From: Nitrososphaerota archaeon
Lineage (GTDB): Archaea; Thermoproteota; Nitrososphaeria; Nitrososphaerales; UBA57
DNA length: 34,932 bases
Reading direction: 5' to 3'
NCBI GenBank assembly: GCA_022572285.1
Contig: JACZWF010000002.1
Span: 1-34,932 of the forward strand
In this document: positions 1-7,702 of the stretch, piece after piece
Layout: every line of letters begins with the position of its first letter
How positions within the stretch are numbered: the stretch's first letter is position 1
Made by a program: the position numbers and the translations under genes
The notes under the pieces: generated by a model
What the model was told of the DNA's origin: nothing
Databases searched by the model: none
Seen by the model: the letters and a program-made list of their open reading frames with translations, nothing else

Positions 1-504
1 TTCGATGTTAGTTCCGTTTGCTGCGGAGGTCTTATCGAAGAATGTAGAAGATGTAATGGTTGTGCCTGAGCGAGTTCGAGACCCATTGGACGATATTTCA
101 AGAATATCTTGCTGATTCCCGAGAGTTGTATTCCCAACGTCGAGAGCGAGAGTAGTCCCGTCATCGCTACCTACCGCTCCGAAGTTTGGGCTTAGTGTAA
201 TTGCTCCAATTATTAGGTCTCCTATGAGTTGCCTCCCTACCGTCGTGATAATGTTGCGGGAAGGGAGATATTGCCAAAGGTGTTTGGGTAACCACTTCGG
301 AGGGTGGACTATCTTGCTGTGTGGTTGCTCGAGAACCCTCTCTTTCAGAAGTTCAATCTCCCTGTTAAGCTGGATGTCCCTGGTTATTGAATGATATAGG
401 ATTTCTTCGAGTTGTCGGTAAGTATCGTAGTCGGGAACTTGGTCACCTTTGAAGACCCAGACTTCTCCAGAACCTTCAATTCCTATTTTGGATTTTGTTT
501 CCAT
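1..504 (-). CDS. hypothetical virion protein, N-terminal 168 codons (gene runs off the window start)
   Basis: ATG at 504-502 overlaps the TGA of the gp10-like gene (ATGA). The frame stays open for all 168 codons down to position 1 (METKSKIGIEGSGEVWVFKG...AANGTNIE). It is absent from the ORF track because no stop lies in the window. No family recognised. Confidence 0.5.
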   Translation of the reverse strand, partial: METKSKIGIEGSGEVWVFKGDQVPDYDTYRQLEEILYHSITRDIQLNREIELLKERVLEQPHSKIVHPPKWLPKHLWQYLPSRNIITTVGRQLIGDLIIGAITLSPNFGAVGSDDGTTLALDVGNTTLGNQQDILEISSNGSRTRSGTTITSSTFFDKTSAANGTNIE

Positions 505-842
505 CATACTCGAGTCTGCTCCTTAATCATCTGTTTCAACCATTTCTTTCCATCTCTAATTGCTGGACCCAAAAAGGGGTGTGGGGGCCTTGTGCTAGTT
601 CCTTCTTCTTCAAATCTCGCGTAGTTCGCGGAGGCCCCTACTGTGATACTCGTCTCATCTTCACCGAAGACATCGATTGTGGACTTCAAGTGACCTGTGA
701 TTACATGCACATTGAGTCTTGCTTTCACTTTGATGATTTTTCCCAGATTTGTTTTGTTTTTGGGAAGTCTCTCGATCGCATTGGCTAGCTTGACATTGCG
801 ACCGATTGACCTTTGCATGTTTCTCTCTTTAAGCCGAGACAT
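504..842 (-). CDS. HK97 gp10-family neck / tail-completion protein
   Basis: Signature blocks ITGHLKSTIDV ... VGASANYARFEEEGTSTRPPHPFLGPA are typical of the HK97 gp10-like family. The preferred start, ATG 842, has GGAGGA 5 nt upstream (the track start is 854). Confidence 0.75.
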   Translation of the reverse strand: MSRLKERNMQRSIGRNVKLANAIERLPKNKTNLGKIIKVKARLNVHVITGHLKSTIDVFGEDETSITVGASANYARFEEEGTSTRPPHPFLGPAIRDGKKWLKQMIKEQTRV

Positions 843-1095
843 TCTTTCCTCCATGCTTCGCGTAGAAATCTGATGTTGCCTGATCCTGTTTGGACTTCTC
901 TTCTAGCAAGCTGAAGGTTTGGTTGGCCCAATATTCATCGCTTGGTTTCATTGCATCCACGAATTGAATCGGAATTCCTCGCTGAAGCCAGTTAACATTT
1001 CTGATTGCCCTTCTTAGGACCGGGTCTTTCGCGAGCTCTTTGTATTGTCCTGTGAGGATTGCCTTTCTAAGAGTTGTAGTTCTACCCCTTTTAAA
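829..1095 (-). CDS. -1 frame coding extension (86 codons, no start codon of its own) reachable from the 139-aa ORF
   Basis: Hand translation of the -1 frame from the slippery site gives KRGRTTTLRKAILTGQYKELAKDPVLRRAIRNVNWLQRGIPIQFVDAMKPSDEYWANQTFSLLEEKSKQDQATSDFYAKHGGKNVSA*. There is no ATG/GTG/TTG near its 5' end. It ends 14 nt inside the next gene, like other genes here. Confidence 0.45.
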   Translation of the reverse strand, partial: FKRGRTTTLRKAILTGQYKELAKDPVLRRAIRNVNWLQRGIPIQFVDAMKPSDEYWANQTFSLLEEKSKQDQATSDFYAKHGGKNVSA

Positions 1096-1433
1096 CCGAA
1101 GATGTGTTCATTCATCCATCGGATTAAGATGTTGACATGCTTGGGGTGATATCTCGCCCATTGTTCATCTTTGAGGGTTACTTCTGCGGTCTCTTGTTCT
1201 ATGTTTGCTTTGATCATACCGGGGTCGTTATGCTCTTCGGTATGAGTTACCATGGTGACCTTACAATACTTTGAGAGAATTTCATAAGTTCCCTGGAGTC
1301 CGCTTGTGTTCCTTTCAACTATCTCATTGATTTCTCCTGCGACTGGAATCGTGAAGTAATACCGATAGTCGTCTATCGCGATTCTTTCAACACCGAATTT
1401 AGGAGGCATGAAGCCTTCTGGAAATTGTGACAT
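1014..1433 (-). CDS. hypothetical protein, 139 aa (chaperone-like position; zero-frame product of a possible two-frame gene)
   Basis: ATG with GGGGGTGA 4 nt upstream. The zero-frame tail after the slippery site (KGVELQLLERQSSQDNTKSSRKTRS) is low-complexity. Confidence 0.6.
   Translation of the reverse strand: MSQFPEGFMPPKFGVERIAIDDYRYYFTIPVAGEINEIVERNTSGLQGTYEILSKYCKVTMVTHTEEHNDPGMIKANIEQETAEVTLKDEQWARYHPKHVNILIRWMNEHIFGLKGVELQLLERQSSQDNTKSSRKTRS
1089..1095 (-). other. candidate programmed -1 ribosomal frameshift heptamer T_TTA_AAA
   Basis: The zero-frame codons GGT TTA AAA GGG (G113 L114 K115 of the 139-aa ORF) fit the X_XXY_YYZ pattern. It sits exactly where the -1 frame opens. Confidence 0.4.
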
Positions 1434-1444
1434 GAATTCACCCC

Positions 1445-2341
1445 CTAAGCGATAGTAGCAGAGTTGGCATTGAAACCAAGTTTCATAGCAATTGATTCAG
1501 TTGCGTTTGCGTCGGGGTCCCTACCTGAGATATTGAAGAGTTTTGCATTGGTGATTGTTAGGGCTATTGTATCGTTGAGATTGTAGACGAATGTCCTAAG
1601 CGTCTGAGCTCTCAGATCGTCTTCGAGTGAGACACTTGCGTCGGTATTCCATTCAACCGTAAAGTCCCCGGCTATCTTTCGCATTGTCGGCCTCTGGAAT
1701 TTGATGAGTGGATCCCCAATGGGTCTCTTGTTACTGATATTGCGGGTGACTGTCAGATTGAAGTCTAGGATATCTTGCTCAACTGCGTTCCAGGTGAACG
1801 GTGTAGTTGGGTCGGCTCCCGTAATGGGTGCTGTTGTGCCTGGAGTATGATGTGACCCTAATCCAATAAAGTCACTGGTTGATGGGTCCGTAATTTGTGC
1901 TGAGACTATGTCGGCGCTGCATTGCAGTTCGTCACTCTCTGAATCGAGATGCAGGCGCATTGCTTCGATCCTGCTACCAAGCATTTGAATGAAGTTCTCT
2001 ACTCCATCGATCTCAATGGAATAAGCCATCGCTAAGGACCTGTCGTTTGTTCCTGCTCCTGCTCTTGCATTGATTCCGTATGCTAGGAAAGTAAGCGCAT
2101 TGACTCCGAAGTCTATTGTGGATTGATAGTCCTCGCGGGTATTGAGGTATTTGTAAGCGTCCTCAGATCCCATTCTTCGAAACTCCTTTTGTGGGAAGTC
2201 TATTGTGTGAACTACTTTCGCGACTTCGGCAACTTTCAGCATGGTTGGATTCGTTGGCATTATCCTAAAGGATGCTGCTGCCTCTTCCACATATTCGAGT
2301 TGTTCGATTACTTGACCTGCATGAGTTGATTCAAGACTCAT
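1445..2341 (-). CDS. abundant virion protein, possibly major tail/tube protein
   Basis: 298 aa. The ATG overlaps the upstream TGA (ATGA) and has AAAGGAGAG 8 nt upstream. It is Thr/Ser/Asn-rich and looks beta-rich, and an ORF carrying a slippery site follows. The functional call rests only on context. Confidence 0.4.
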   Translation of the reverse strand: MSLESTHAGQVIEQLEYVEEAAASFRIMPTNPTMLKVAEVAKVVHTIDFPQKEFRRMGSEDAYKYLNTREDYQSTIDFGVNALTFLAYGINARAGAGTNDRSLAMAYSIEIDGVENFIQMLGSRIEAMRLHLDSESDELQCSADIVSAQITDPSTSDFIGLGSHHTPGTTAPITGADPTTPFTWNAVEQDILDFNLTVTRNISNKRPIGDPLIKFQRPTMRKIAGDFTVEWNTDASVSLEDDLRAQTLRTFVYNLNDTIALTITNAKLFNISGRDPDANATESIAMKLGFNANSATIA

Positions 2342-2484
2342 GGTTTAGTCTCTCCTTTCTTTTTGCCTTCGTAAGTGAAGGCTCCACATCTGCTACAACG
2401 CCTGGCAATTCTTCCGTCCGGGATTTTCCCATCTTCGGAATATCCCGTAAAGAGAACGGCTTTGCCCTTGCAGTTATTTAGCAT
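2338..2484 (-). CDS. zinc-ribbon miniprotein (48 aa from ATG 2484; track ORF starts at TTG 2568)
   Basis: MLNNCKGKAVLFTGYSEDGKIPDGRIARRCSRCGAF... has a C..(20)..CxxC arrangement. Its stop overlaps the next ATG. Confidence 0.45.
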   Translation of the reverse strand: MLNNCKGKAVLFTGYSEDGKIPDGRIARRCSRCGAFTYEGKKKGETKP

Positions 2485-2506
2485 GTGGGCTTTATTTTCA
2501 GTTTTT

Positions 2507-2541
2507 GGCTCCTCGCCTAGTTTGCTAATCGGCTCCTCGCC
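2507..2541 (-). repeat. direct repeat GGCGAGGAGCC x2 (24-nt period)
   Basis: On the plus strand ggctcctcgcc occurs at 2507-2517 and 2531-2541. The repeats lie upstream of ATG 2484, or encode GEEP..GEEP if the TTG 2568 start is real. Confidence 0.6.
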
Positions 2542-2576
2542 TCGGTTGAAGATATGGACGAATAGCAATTAAAGAA

Positions 2577-3002
2577 CTATGTGATTACTTTGTTGTAATT
2601 CAGCTCGACTGTAAAGATAGAGTGAAAGATATCCTGCTGTCGGTCTTCTGAGTTCTGTGCTGCTTGCCTTGGGCCTGTCCAAGTTAGATATTGGACTCCG
2701 GTAAATGGGCTGTTCGTATTCAATGCAAGAATTCGTTGAACTTCGAGCTCCATCTTCCAGAGTTTATCCTTCCCACCTTTACCTCTACTGAATAAGTGAA
2801 TGTCGTGGGGGTCCTTGTGTCGAAACATTCCGCCACCTATGCGCTTGGGAATTATGTCGACGTCGCCTTTTCTAACATGGATTGAATACCAAGATTTTGT
2901 GTCACTTACCCAAGTTGTATTGATTTTAATCTCTTCTTTTGTCGGAGTCTTATCTGCTAAACTCCCCGGGGGAATGTCCCAATTATCTCGAATCAACTCC
3001 AT
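2577..3002 (-). CDS. hypothetical structural-module protein, 141 aa
   Basis: Clean ATG ORF in the structural gene string. No family recognised by eye. Confidence 0.6.
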   Translation of the reverse strand: MELIRDNWDIPPGSLADKTPTKEEIKINTTWVSDTKSWYSIHVRKGDVDIIPKRIGGGMFRHKDPHDIHLFSRGKGGKDKLWKMELEVQRILALNTNSPFTGVQYLTWTGPRQAAQNSEDRQQDIFHSIFTVELNYNKVIT

Positions 3003-3064
3003 GACTGAAATATTTGGATCCGTCGCGAAGTCTTTAGACTGCCCTGCGGGAACGTATTTGGTGC

Positions 3065-3418
3065 TTATGTCGGTCCACCTTGCTTGACTATGAAGTCTGC
3101 TGGTAGTGTTCTTTCAAACACGCCTGACTTTACATGCTCCACCGTGTATTGATATCTCTTGCTCCCATCTGTGGCGAGTGAATCGAATACTCCTGCTACA
3201 ACATTGTATCGAGCTATCGAGCCTGAGGGTTGAGTCATCGATTCGTCGACAACTGCGATATCTTCGAAATCGATATCCCAAACGATTAAGCTGAATCCTG
3301 TATAGGTGCTGAGGTCCTTTAGAGTCCCGTCGAAGTTCTTGATTGTGATATCCAAATCATACCCGGATTCTTTCTGGAAGATGGGACTGATTAGTTCGGA
3401 TTTGCTAGTTATTGGCAT
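3065..3418 (-). CDS. Ig-like / BppU-N-like beta-sandwich protein, 117 aa
   Basis: The pattern DLDITIKNFDGTLKDLSTYTGFSLIVW...GSIARYNVVAGVF...YQYTVEH resembles Ig-like domains of phage baseplate and decoration proteins. Confidence 0.45.
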   Translation of the reverse strand: MPITSKSELISPIFQKESGYDLDITIKNFDGTLKDLSTYTGFSLIVWDIDFEDIAVVDESMTQPSGSIARYNVVAGVFDSLATDGSKRYQYTVEHVKSGVFERTLPADFIVKQGGPT

Positions 3419-3422
3419 CTAT

Positions 3423-5945
3423 TTATTCAGCGACCTCCGTCGAAGAATCATACTCTCGGTCTGCCACTCTAGCGTTAAATTCCCTATCTCCTACTAGGCT
3501 ATCGTAATCCCTATCTGCGACATACGCAACCACTGAGATTGTTCCACCGATAACGGCGATTGTGCCAGCGCGATAGATTGCACCGTCGAAGACTATGAAT
3601 CTGGGAATTCTTCTCTTCGGTAGCCGATATATTCTGTGAATGACTGGTTGATGGATTCTGACTTCAGGTTCGGCTTGATGATAGATTGCTCCATCGTATA
3701 TTCTAGTTATGACTCGCTGGACCGATGGCTTTCTAAAGAATTTGGTAATTCTTGATTCTTGGATTCTCGGCTCTTCACCACTATGCCGGAGTGATTCATC
3801 GAAGACCTGGGTTTTACCACGCCTTTTTGGATAGACGAGGCTCCGAATGAAACTTATTGGAGGGAGATGTTCTGGTGCTACGCTATCGGGATGGAATACT
3901 GAAGAGTCATAAACAGTGATCCTTGGCCTAGCCTTCTTTGGTATAGGTAGTTTTCGGATGAAGGACCGAGGTAGAATTCCCGCGACTTCGGCTTCTCCTC
4001 CTGTGTGTTCTAATGATTCGTCAAAGACCTTAGTTTTACTCTTGATTATCTTGGCTCGTTTCGGTTTGTCGAAAGATGGAGGGGTTCGGACCTGTTGTCC
4101 TGTATTAACGACTGATTGGTCATAGACCTTTGTTTCTGATTTGATCTCCTTTGCCTTCTTTGGTGAGTCGAAAGATGGAGGAGTTCGAACTTGTTCGCCT
4201 GTTTTTAACACATCATAGATTTTGGTCTTAGTTGTTATCTTTTTAGATCTGCCTCGGTAGATTACTGGTTCGAAGGATGGGCCTGATACTTCAGGTTCTC
4301 CACCAGTGGCAAACAAAGCACCGTCGAATATTTGGGTTCTCTTGTAGGGGATTGGTGGTTTGGGAATGTAAGGTTTATCGTAATTCACAACAAATTCGTT
4401 TGCTGCTTCTGCTGCAAGCTCCATACTAACCGCGAACAGGGTTCTATCTTCAGCCTGGGAATTTGTGCCACTATTACTACCTCCATCCATGTCGATTGTT
4501 TTGTTTCCAGTGGTTAGACTTTCGATTGTCTGAATTTGCCAAATAACTTCGTCGGTGCTATCCCACCCTCGAAATATGAGTTCGTCGGAGGTTTGCGTGG
4601 CTGGCTGATCTGCATTTTCAACCTGTAGCCTTAGCATGGATAGATTAGTGCTAGTATTGATATCGATTACAGATTGCGCGAAAATCCAAACATCGTGAGT
4701 TGCGCCCGGGTCGATTGTTATACTATCGATTAGATTACCAAAGGATGATGTATCGAGAGTAACAGCGCCAGTATTCCAGGATTCTGATTCAACGTCGAAC
4801 TTGCTGAGGTTAAGGGCGAAGGCTTGGCTATCGGTTCTTACACCATTAGTTCCACCAGATTCTTGTCTGCTCTCTGCCTCGAATGTGTTGCTTGATGCGC
4901 CGAGTTGAAATACTCTTGCCAACATTAGCACCATAAAATCAGTAGCGGTATCTTCACCCTCTTGACTCGTAAATGGATCGGCATCGCTAGCTTCACCCGA
5001 ACGCTGAATGTGATGCTCGATTTGATGGCCCGAGCTATTCACATTGATTCTATCGCAAACTAATACGAGCCATTCGTCGTTCGCAGTTCCTGGGGTGAAT
5101 GTGACAGTTCCGTTGCTGTCAGTGGTAAAATCTGTGCCTAGCGTCACGCTTTGAGAGAGTTGTGGATCATGATGCCAGTCGGTATTCTCGGTTAGATCGG
5201 CCTCTAGGTTGATGGCGACCATTGTCAAGTTATCAGCTTTTCCTGTGACACTTCCGCTAACAGCAAATTGAACATCTACATCTTCAGCAGTTGCGGGCTG
5301 ATCAAAAACTACGAAGCATGAATAGGTCCACCTTCGAGTTGTGGTTCCATTGTGAGCTTCGATTATAGATTCGCTTTCTGCAAATGCTGTCGGCGTGGTT
5401 CCATGAGTTAGACGCATACTGAGCTGTTGTTGTGAATCACTAGCTCCGACATGAGCTGTTATCACTATCAACCACTTGTCATTTGCTGTCATCGCTGAAG
5501 CAAGTATTTGAGCTCCCGATATGTCGGCATAGGTGGAAGAGGTTGTAGTCTCTGCCGTAGTTACATCCTTGAAGGCGTGACCGATCTCTGCTGCATGATA
5601 TGAGAAGATTATATCATATCTTGAATTGCATGTTTTTCGATGGGTTGCTATCGTGTCATTGATGGCTTTCCAAAGAGCTTCGCCTGTCTTAATCCCTCCA
5701 ACCTTATTCTTAGAGCATTTTGCTCGACATTTGAAACTAAAACCGTGTCTCCTATCAAGAAACTTATGTGGATATTGGGAGCCTGAAGCAAAGGAGCCAA
5801 TAGGTTTGATCTTGGAATCTAACCCAATGACCGATTCTATTCGTTTTTGGTGACGGTCGATCTGCTTTCGGATTTTCTCCTCCATCTCAGGAGGTAGATT
5901 GGTGAACCTACTGAGTAGGAGACTAGATAACAACCTCGTCCACAT
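3423..5945 (-). CDS. large virion-associated repeat protein (840 aa): three tandem beta-rich domains plus a basic 8-unit repeat tail
   Basis: It is the longest ORF in the window. Three ~125-aa segments share the landmarks (N/H)D(K/E/V)W(L/I)(I/V/F) ... LSMRL / IEHHIQR / LSMLRLQ ... (A/T)(I/L/V)(N/S)(L/M)(E/S). The C-terminal 317 aa is made of repeats. Confidence 0.8.
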   Translation of the reverse strand: MWTRLLSSLLLSRFTNLPPEMEEKIRKQIDRHQKRIESVIGLDSKIKPIGSFASGSQYPHKFLDRRHGFSFKCRAKCSKNKVGGIKTGEALWKAINDTIATHRKTCNSRYDIIFSYHAAEIGHAFKDVTTAETTTSSTYADISGAQILASAMTANDKWLIVITAHVGASDSQQQLSMRLTHGTTPTAFAESESIIEAHNGTTTRRWTYSCFVVFDQPATAEDVDVQFAVSGSVTGKADNLTMVAINLEADLTENTDWHHDPQLSQSVTLGTDFTTDSNGTVTFTPGTANDEWLVLVCDRINVNSSGHQIEHHIQRSGEASDADPFTSQEGEDTATDFMVLMLARVFQLGASSNTFEAESRQESGGTNGVRTDSQAFALNLSKFDVESESWNTGAVTLDTSSFGNLIDSITIDPGATHDVWIFAQSVIDINTSTNLSMLRLQVENADQPATQTSDELIFRGWDSTDEVIWQIQTIESLTTGNKTIDMDGGSNSGTNSQAEDRTLFAVSMELAAEAANEFVVNYDKPYIPKPPIPYKRTQIFDGALFATGGEPEVSGPSFEPVIYRGRSKKITTKTKIYDVLKTGEQVRTPPSFDSPKKAKEIKSETKVYDQSVVNTGQQVRTPPSFDKPKRAKIIKSKTKVFDESLEHTGGEAEVAGILPRSFIRKLPIPKKARPRITVYDSSVFHPDSVAPEHLPPISFIRSLVYPKRRGKTQVFDESLRHSGEEPRIQESRITKFFRKPSVQRVITRIYDGAIYHQAEPEVRIHQPVIHRIYRLPKRRIPRFIVFDGAIYRAGTIAVIGGTISVVAYVADRDYDSLVGDREFNARVADREYDSSTEVAE
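3564..4376 (-). repeat. eight degenerate 32-37-aa tandem repeats inside the 840-aa ORF
   Basis: The units run KRTQIFDGALFATGGEPEVSGPSFEP / KTKIYDVLKTGEQVRTPPSFDSPKKAK / ETKVYDQSVVNTGQQVRTPPSFDKPKRAK / KTKVFDESLEHTGGEAEVAGILPRSFIRKLPIPKKAR / RITVYDSSVF...PPISFIRSLVYPKRRG / KTQVFDESLRHSGEEPRIQESRITKFFRKP / TRIYDGAIYHQAEPEV...RLPKRR / FIVFDGAIYRAG. A short ADRDYDS / GDREFNA / ADREYDS triplet follows. Confidence 0.8.
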
Positions 5946-6144
5946 CGTCGCCCGTTGGATTGTGATAATGTAATATCAGTGACGTAAAATGATTGGCGTT
6001 GTTTGGGTTCTTGAATTTCTGCCTCAGTTTGGTTAGATGATCGTCTAGCGAATCTTGGAGCTCTTGCTCAAACTGCGCCTCGGTAAGGTCGGTTACTGCG
6101 ACGACAACTACCTTGAGATTTATCTCCCTTAGTATGAATGGCAT
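5923..6144 (-). CDS. hypothetical protein, 73 aa
   Basis: ATG ORF abutting the upstream stop. Acidic and helical. No family recognised. Confidence 0.5.
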   Translation of the reverse strand: MPFILREINLKVVVVAVTDLTEAQFEQELQDSLDDHLTKLRQKFKNPNNANHFTSLILHYHNPTGDDVDEVVI

Positions 6145-6501
6145 TTAGAAGCCTCCTCTGACTTCGGACCACATGGCTCCTTCTCTTGCCAGGAGTCTTT
6201 GCATGACTCCCCTTTCTAATAGGAAGCTCATATCTTGCTTCTTGTCACATTCGAGATTGATTGTCCCGTAATATTGCCCGTCGACCGGGCTTTGGTCGAA
6301 TTTGATCGGAGGTATTATTCGATGGTATCCCGGCATGTCGGTAGGTTCGGCGGTTCGATTATAGTCCGTTAGCTCAAAGTAGCAATAAGGGCAGGGTCCC
6401 ATGATTCTCCTCTTGCCATTGAGCTTAGATGTGATCTTGAGTAAGACACCCGTTTCTCTAAACTTTTGAGTGAATCGAAATGCTTGATAGAACTCCGCCA
6501 T
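6145..6501 (-). CDS. hypothetical protein (118 aa from ATG 6501; track start is TTG 6513)
   Basis: Contains CPYC plus a distal Cys (GPCPYCYFEL...NLECDKK). Confidence 0.5.
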   Translation of the reverse strand: MAEFYQAFRFTQKFRETGVLLKITSKLNGKRRIMGPCPYCYFELTDYNRTAEPTDMPGYHRIIPPIKFDQSPVDGQYYGTINLECDKKQDMSFLLERGVMQRLLAREGAMWSEVRGGF

Positions 6502-6540
6502 GAGAGCGACCAAGCACCCCTCAGATATTAGTTAGTTAGC

Positions 6541-6993
6541 TTACTCTTCCCACTGTAAGTAATAGGAGCCGTTGATTGAAGCTCCCGGGGCTGTTATCGC
6601 TTTGAGACCGATTCTTAGAGCTCCCGAGATGATTATCTCGAAGCCTGGAACTGGAGCATATACGTGATGTGTCTGCGGATGAATGGCCCATCTCGGAAAG
6701 AAGTTATCGTCTGATGTTGGTTCGACTGTAAAATTCTCCTGACCGACTACTTGAGGTGTAAGGGGTTCTCCTCTATCTAATGTCTCTTCAGTTGAAGCTG
6801 AGGCCGTTCCTGCTCCTGTCTGATCTATGAGACCGAAGTCAAGTGGAACCGCCGTATTCGATACTCCTTCGAGACCGATTCCTACTTCTCCAACTGTTAC
6901 CCGGCGATTCGCAAGACCGAGAATCTGAAGGAAAGTCTTGATCGCGGTTCCAGTAGCGAATCTATTACCTATCTGAGCTTTGATTCCTCCCAT
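6541..6993 (-). CDS. hypothetical beta-rich protein (150 aa from ATG 6993; track start is TTG 7020)
   Basis: MGGIKAQIGNRF... The ATG lies 5 nt after the upstream TAA. No family recognised. Confidence 0.5.
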   Translation of the reverse strand: MGGIKAQIGNRFATGTAIKTFLQILGLANRRVTVGEVGIGLEGVSNTAVPLDFGLIDQTGAGTASASTEETLDRGEPLTPQVVGQENFTVEPTSDDNFFPRWAIHPQTHHVYAPVPGFEIIISGALRIGLKAITAPGASINGSYYLQWEE

Positions 6994-6998
6994 TTTCT

Positions 6999-7247
6999 TT
7001 AGCTCAACTCCATGTGGCAATCATGCCCACATTCTTCTGATTTTGGTTTCCCATTTTTGTAAAATCCTGGGTTATTGAGAGCTCTCGCATGAGCTTTGAG
7101 ACATCTGTCTTCATCACAAGACTTCTCCTTTGCAGTATCACGCCTCTTCCTTTGGGTAATTCTCTGGACGAGTTTGCCATCGACTATCGTTGGACCCCGG
7201 TCAAAATCTACGTCAATGTAGATAGCAGGATTTCTAGCGGTAGACAT
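6999..7247 (-). CDS. hypothetical basic Cys/His-containing protein, 82 aa
   Basis: ATG ORF. The C-terminal half reads KSCDEDRCLKAH...ECGHDCH. Confidence 0.5.
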   Translation of the reverse strand: MSTARNPAIYIDVDFDRGPTIVDGKLVQRITQRKRRDTAKEKSCDEDRCLKAHARALNNPGFYKNGKPKSEECGHDCHMELS

Positions 7248-7283
7248 TAATGGAGTCAGTTGATCTGCGTTGATTTAAGAGAA

Positions 7284-7553
7284 CTATCCACTAGCGAAGC
7301 GCGCTGCCTCGATTCCTGTTTGAATAAGGATTGTGATAATAGTCACTGCTCCGGCTAGAGTTCCATATTGCCGAAGTCTTGATCCGTTTGGTTCACTATG
7401 TTGATGATTCACCCGAGTTTGCAGTATGCCGATAGCCTTCTCAATGCTTGTTAATCTTTCGAATATCTTCGTGTGTTCTTTCCCTTGTTCTTCGTTTTGT
7501 AAATTGGCTCGTTCAAGTAGAGCTACCCTAGTCGCTAGGGTTTCACGAGGCAT
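7284..7553 (-). CDS. coiled-coil protein with C-terminal transmembrane helix (89 aa from ATG 7553; track start is TTG 7631)
   Basis: MPRETLATRVALLERANLQNEEQGKEH...LAGAVTIITILIQTGIEAA. An A/T box (CTTTTATCATAC) lies ~25 nt upstream of the ATG. Confidence 0.5.
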   Translation of the reverse strand: MPRETLATRVALLERANLQNEEQGKEHTKIFERLTSIEKAIGILQTRVNHQHSEPNGSRLRQYGTLAGAVTIITILIQTGIEAARFASG

Positions 7554-7574
7554 AAACTCGCACGTAGTTGATTG

Positions 7575-7615
7575 TATGATAAAAGAACGAAAACGAGGGG
7601 GAAGTGGTGTATTGG
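7575..7615 (+). promoter_or_regulatory. fifth exact copy of the promoter-like module, on the opposite (plus) strand
   Basis: TATGATAAAA (7575-7584), a 21-nt gap, then GGTGTATTGG (7606-7615), followed by AT-ATG and a 16-codon micro-ORF (7618-7668). It points antisense into the HExxH gene. Confidence 0.5.
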
Positions 7616-7702
7616 ATATGCCACGAAGCAAATCCCTCCCCCCACGCCAACCAATTTGGGTATGGTGATTCCTACTAGGATTTAGTCACTTAATAGATTT
7701 AC

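Noticed and set aside
1445-2341. Reading the 298-aa protein as a second major capsid protein
   Set aside because: A 360-aa protein already occupies the canonical capsid slot after the protease/scaffold gene. The 298-aa protein lies after the connector gene and before a slippery-site ORF, which fits a tail component better. Neither reading can be proven by eye.
3144-3153. 8/10 matches to GGTGTATTGG inside coding regions (e.g. 3144-3153, 10150-10159, 16349-16358)
   Set aside because: Roughly 25-30 such 8/10 matches are expected by chance. They also lack the A/T box at 21-23 nt.
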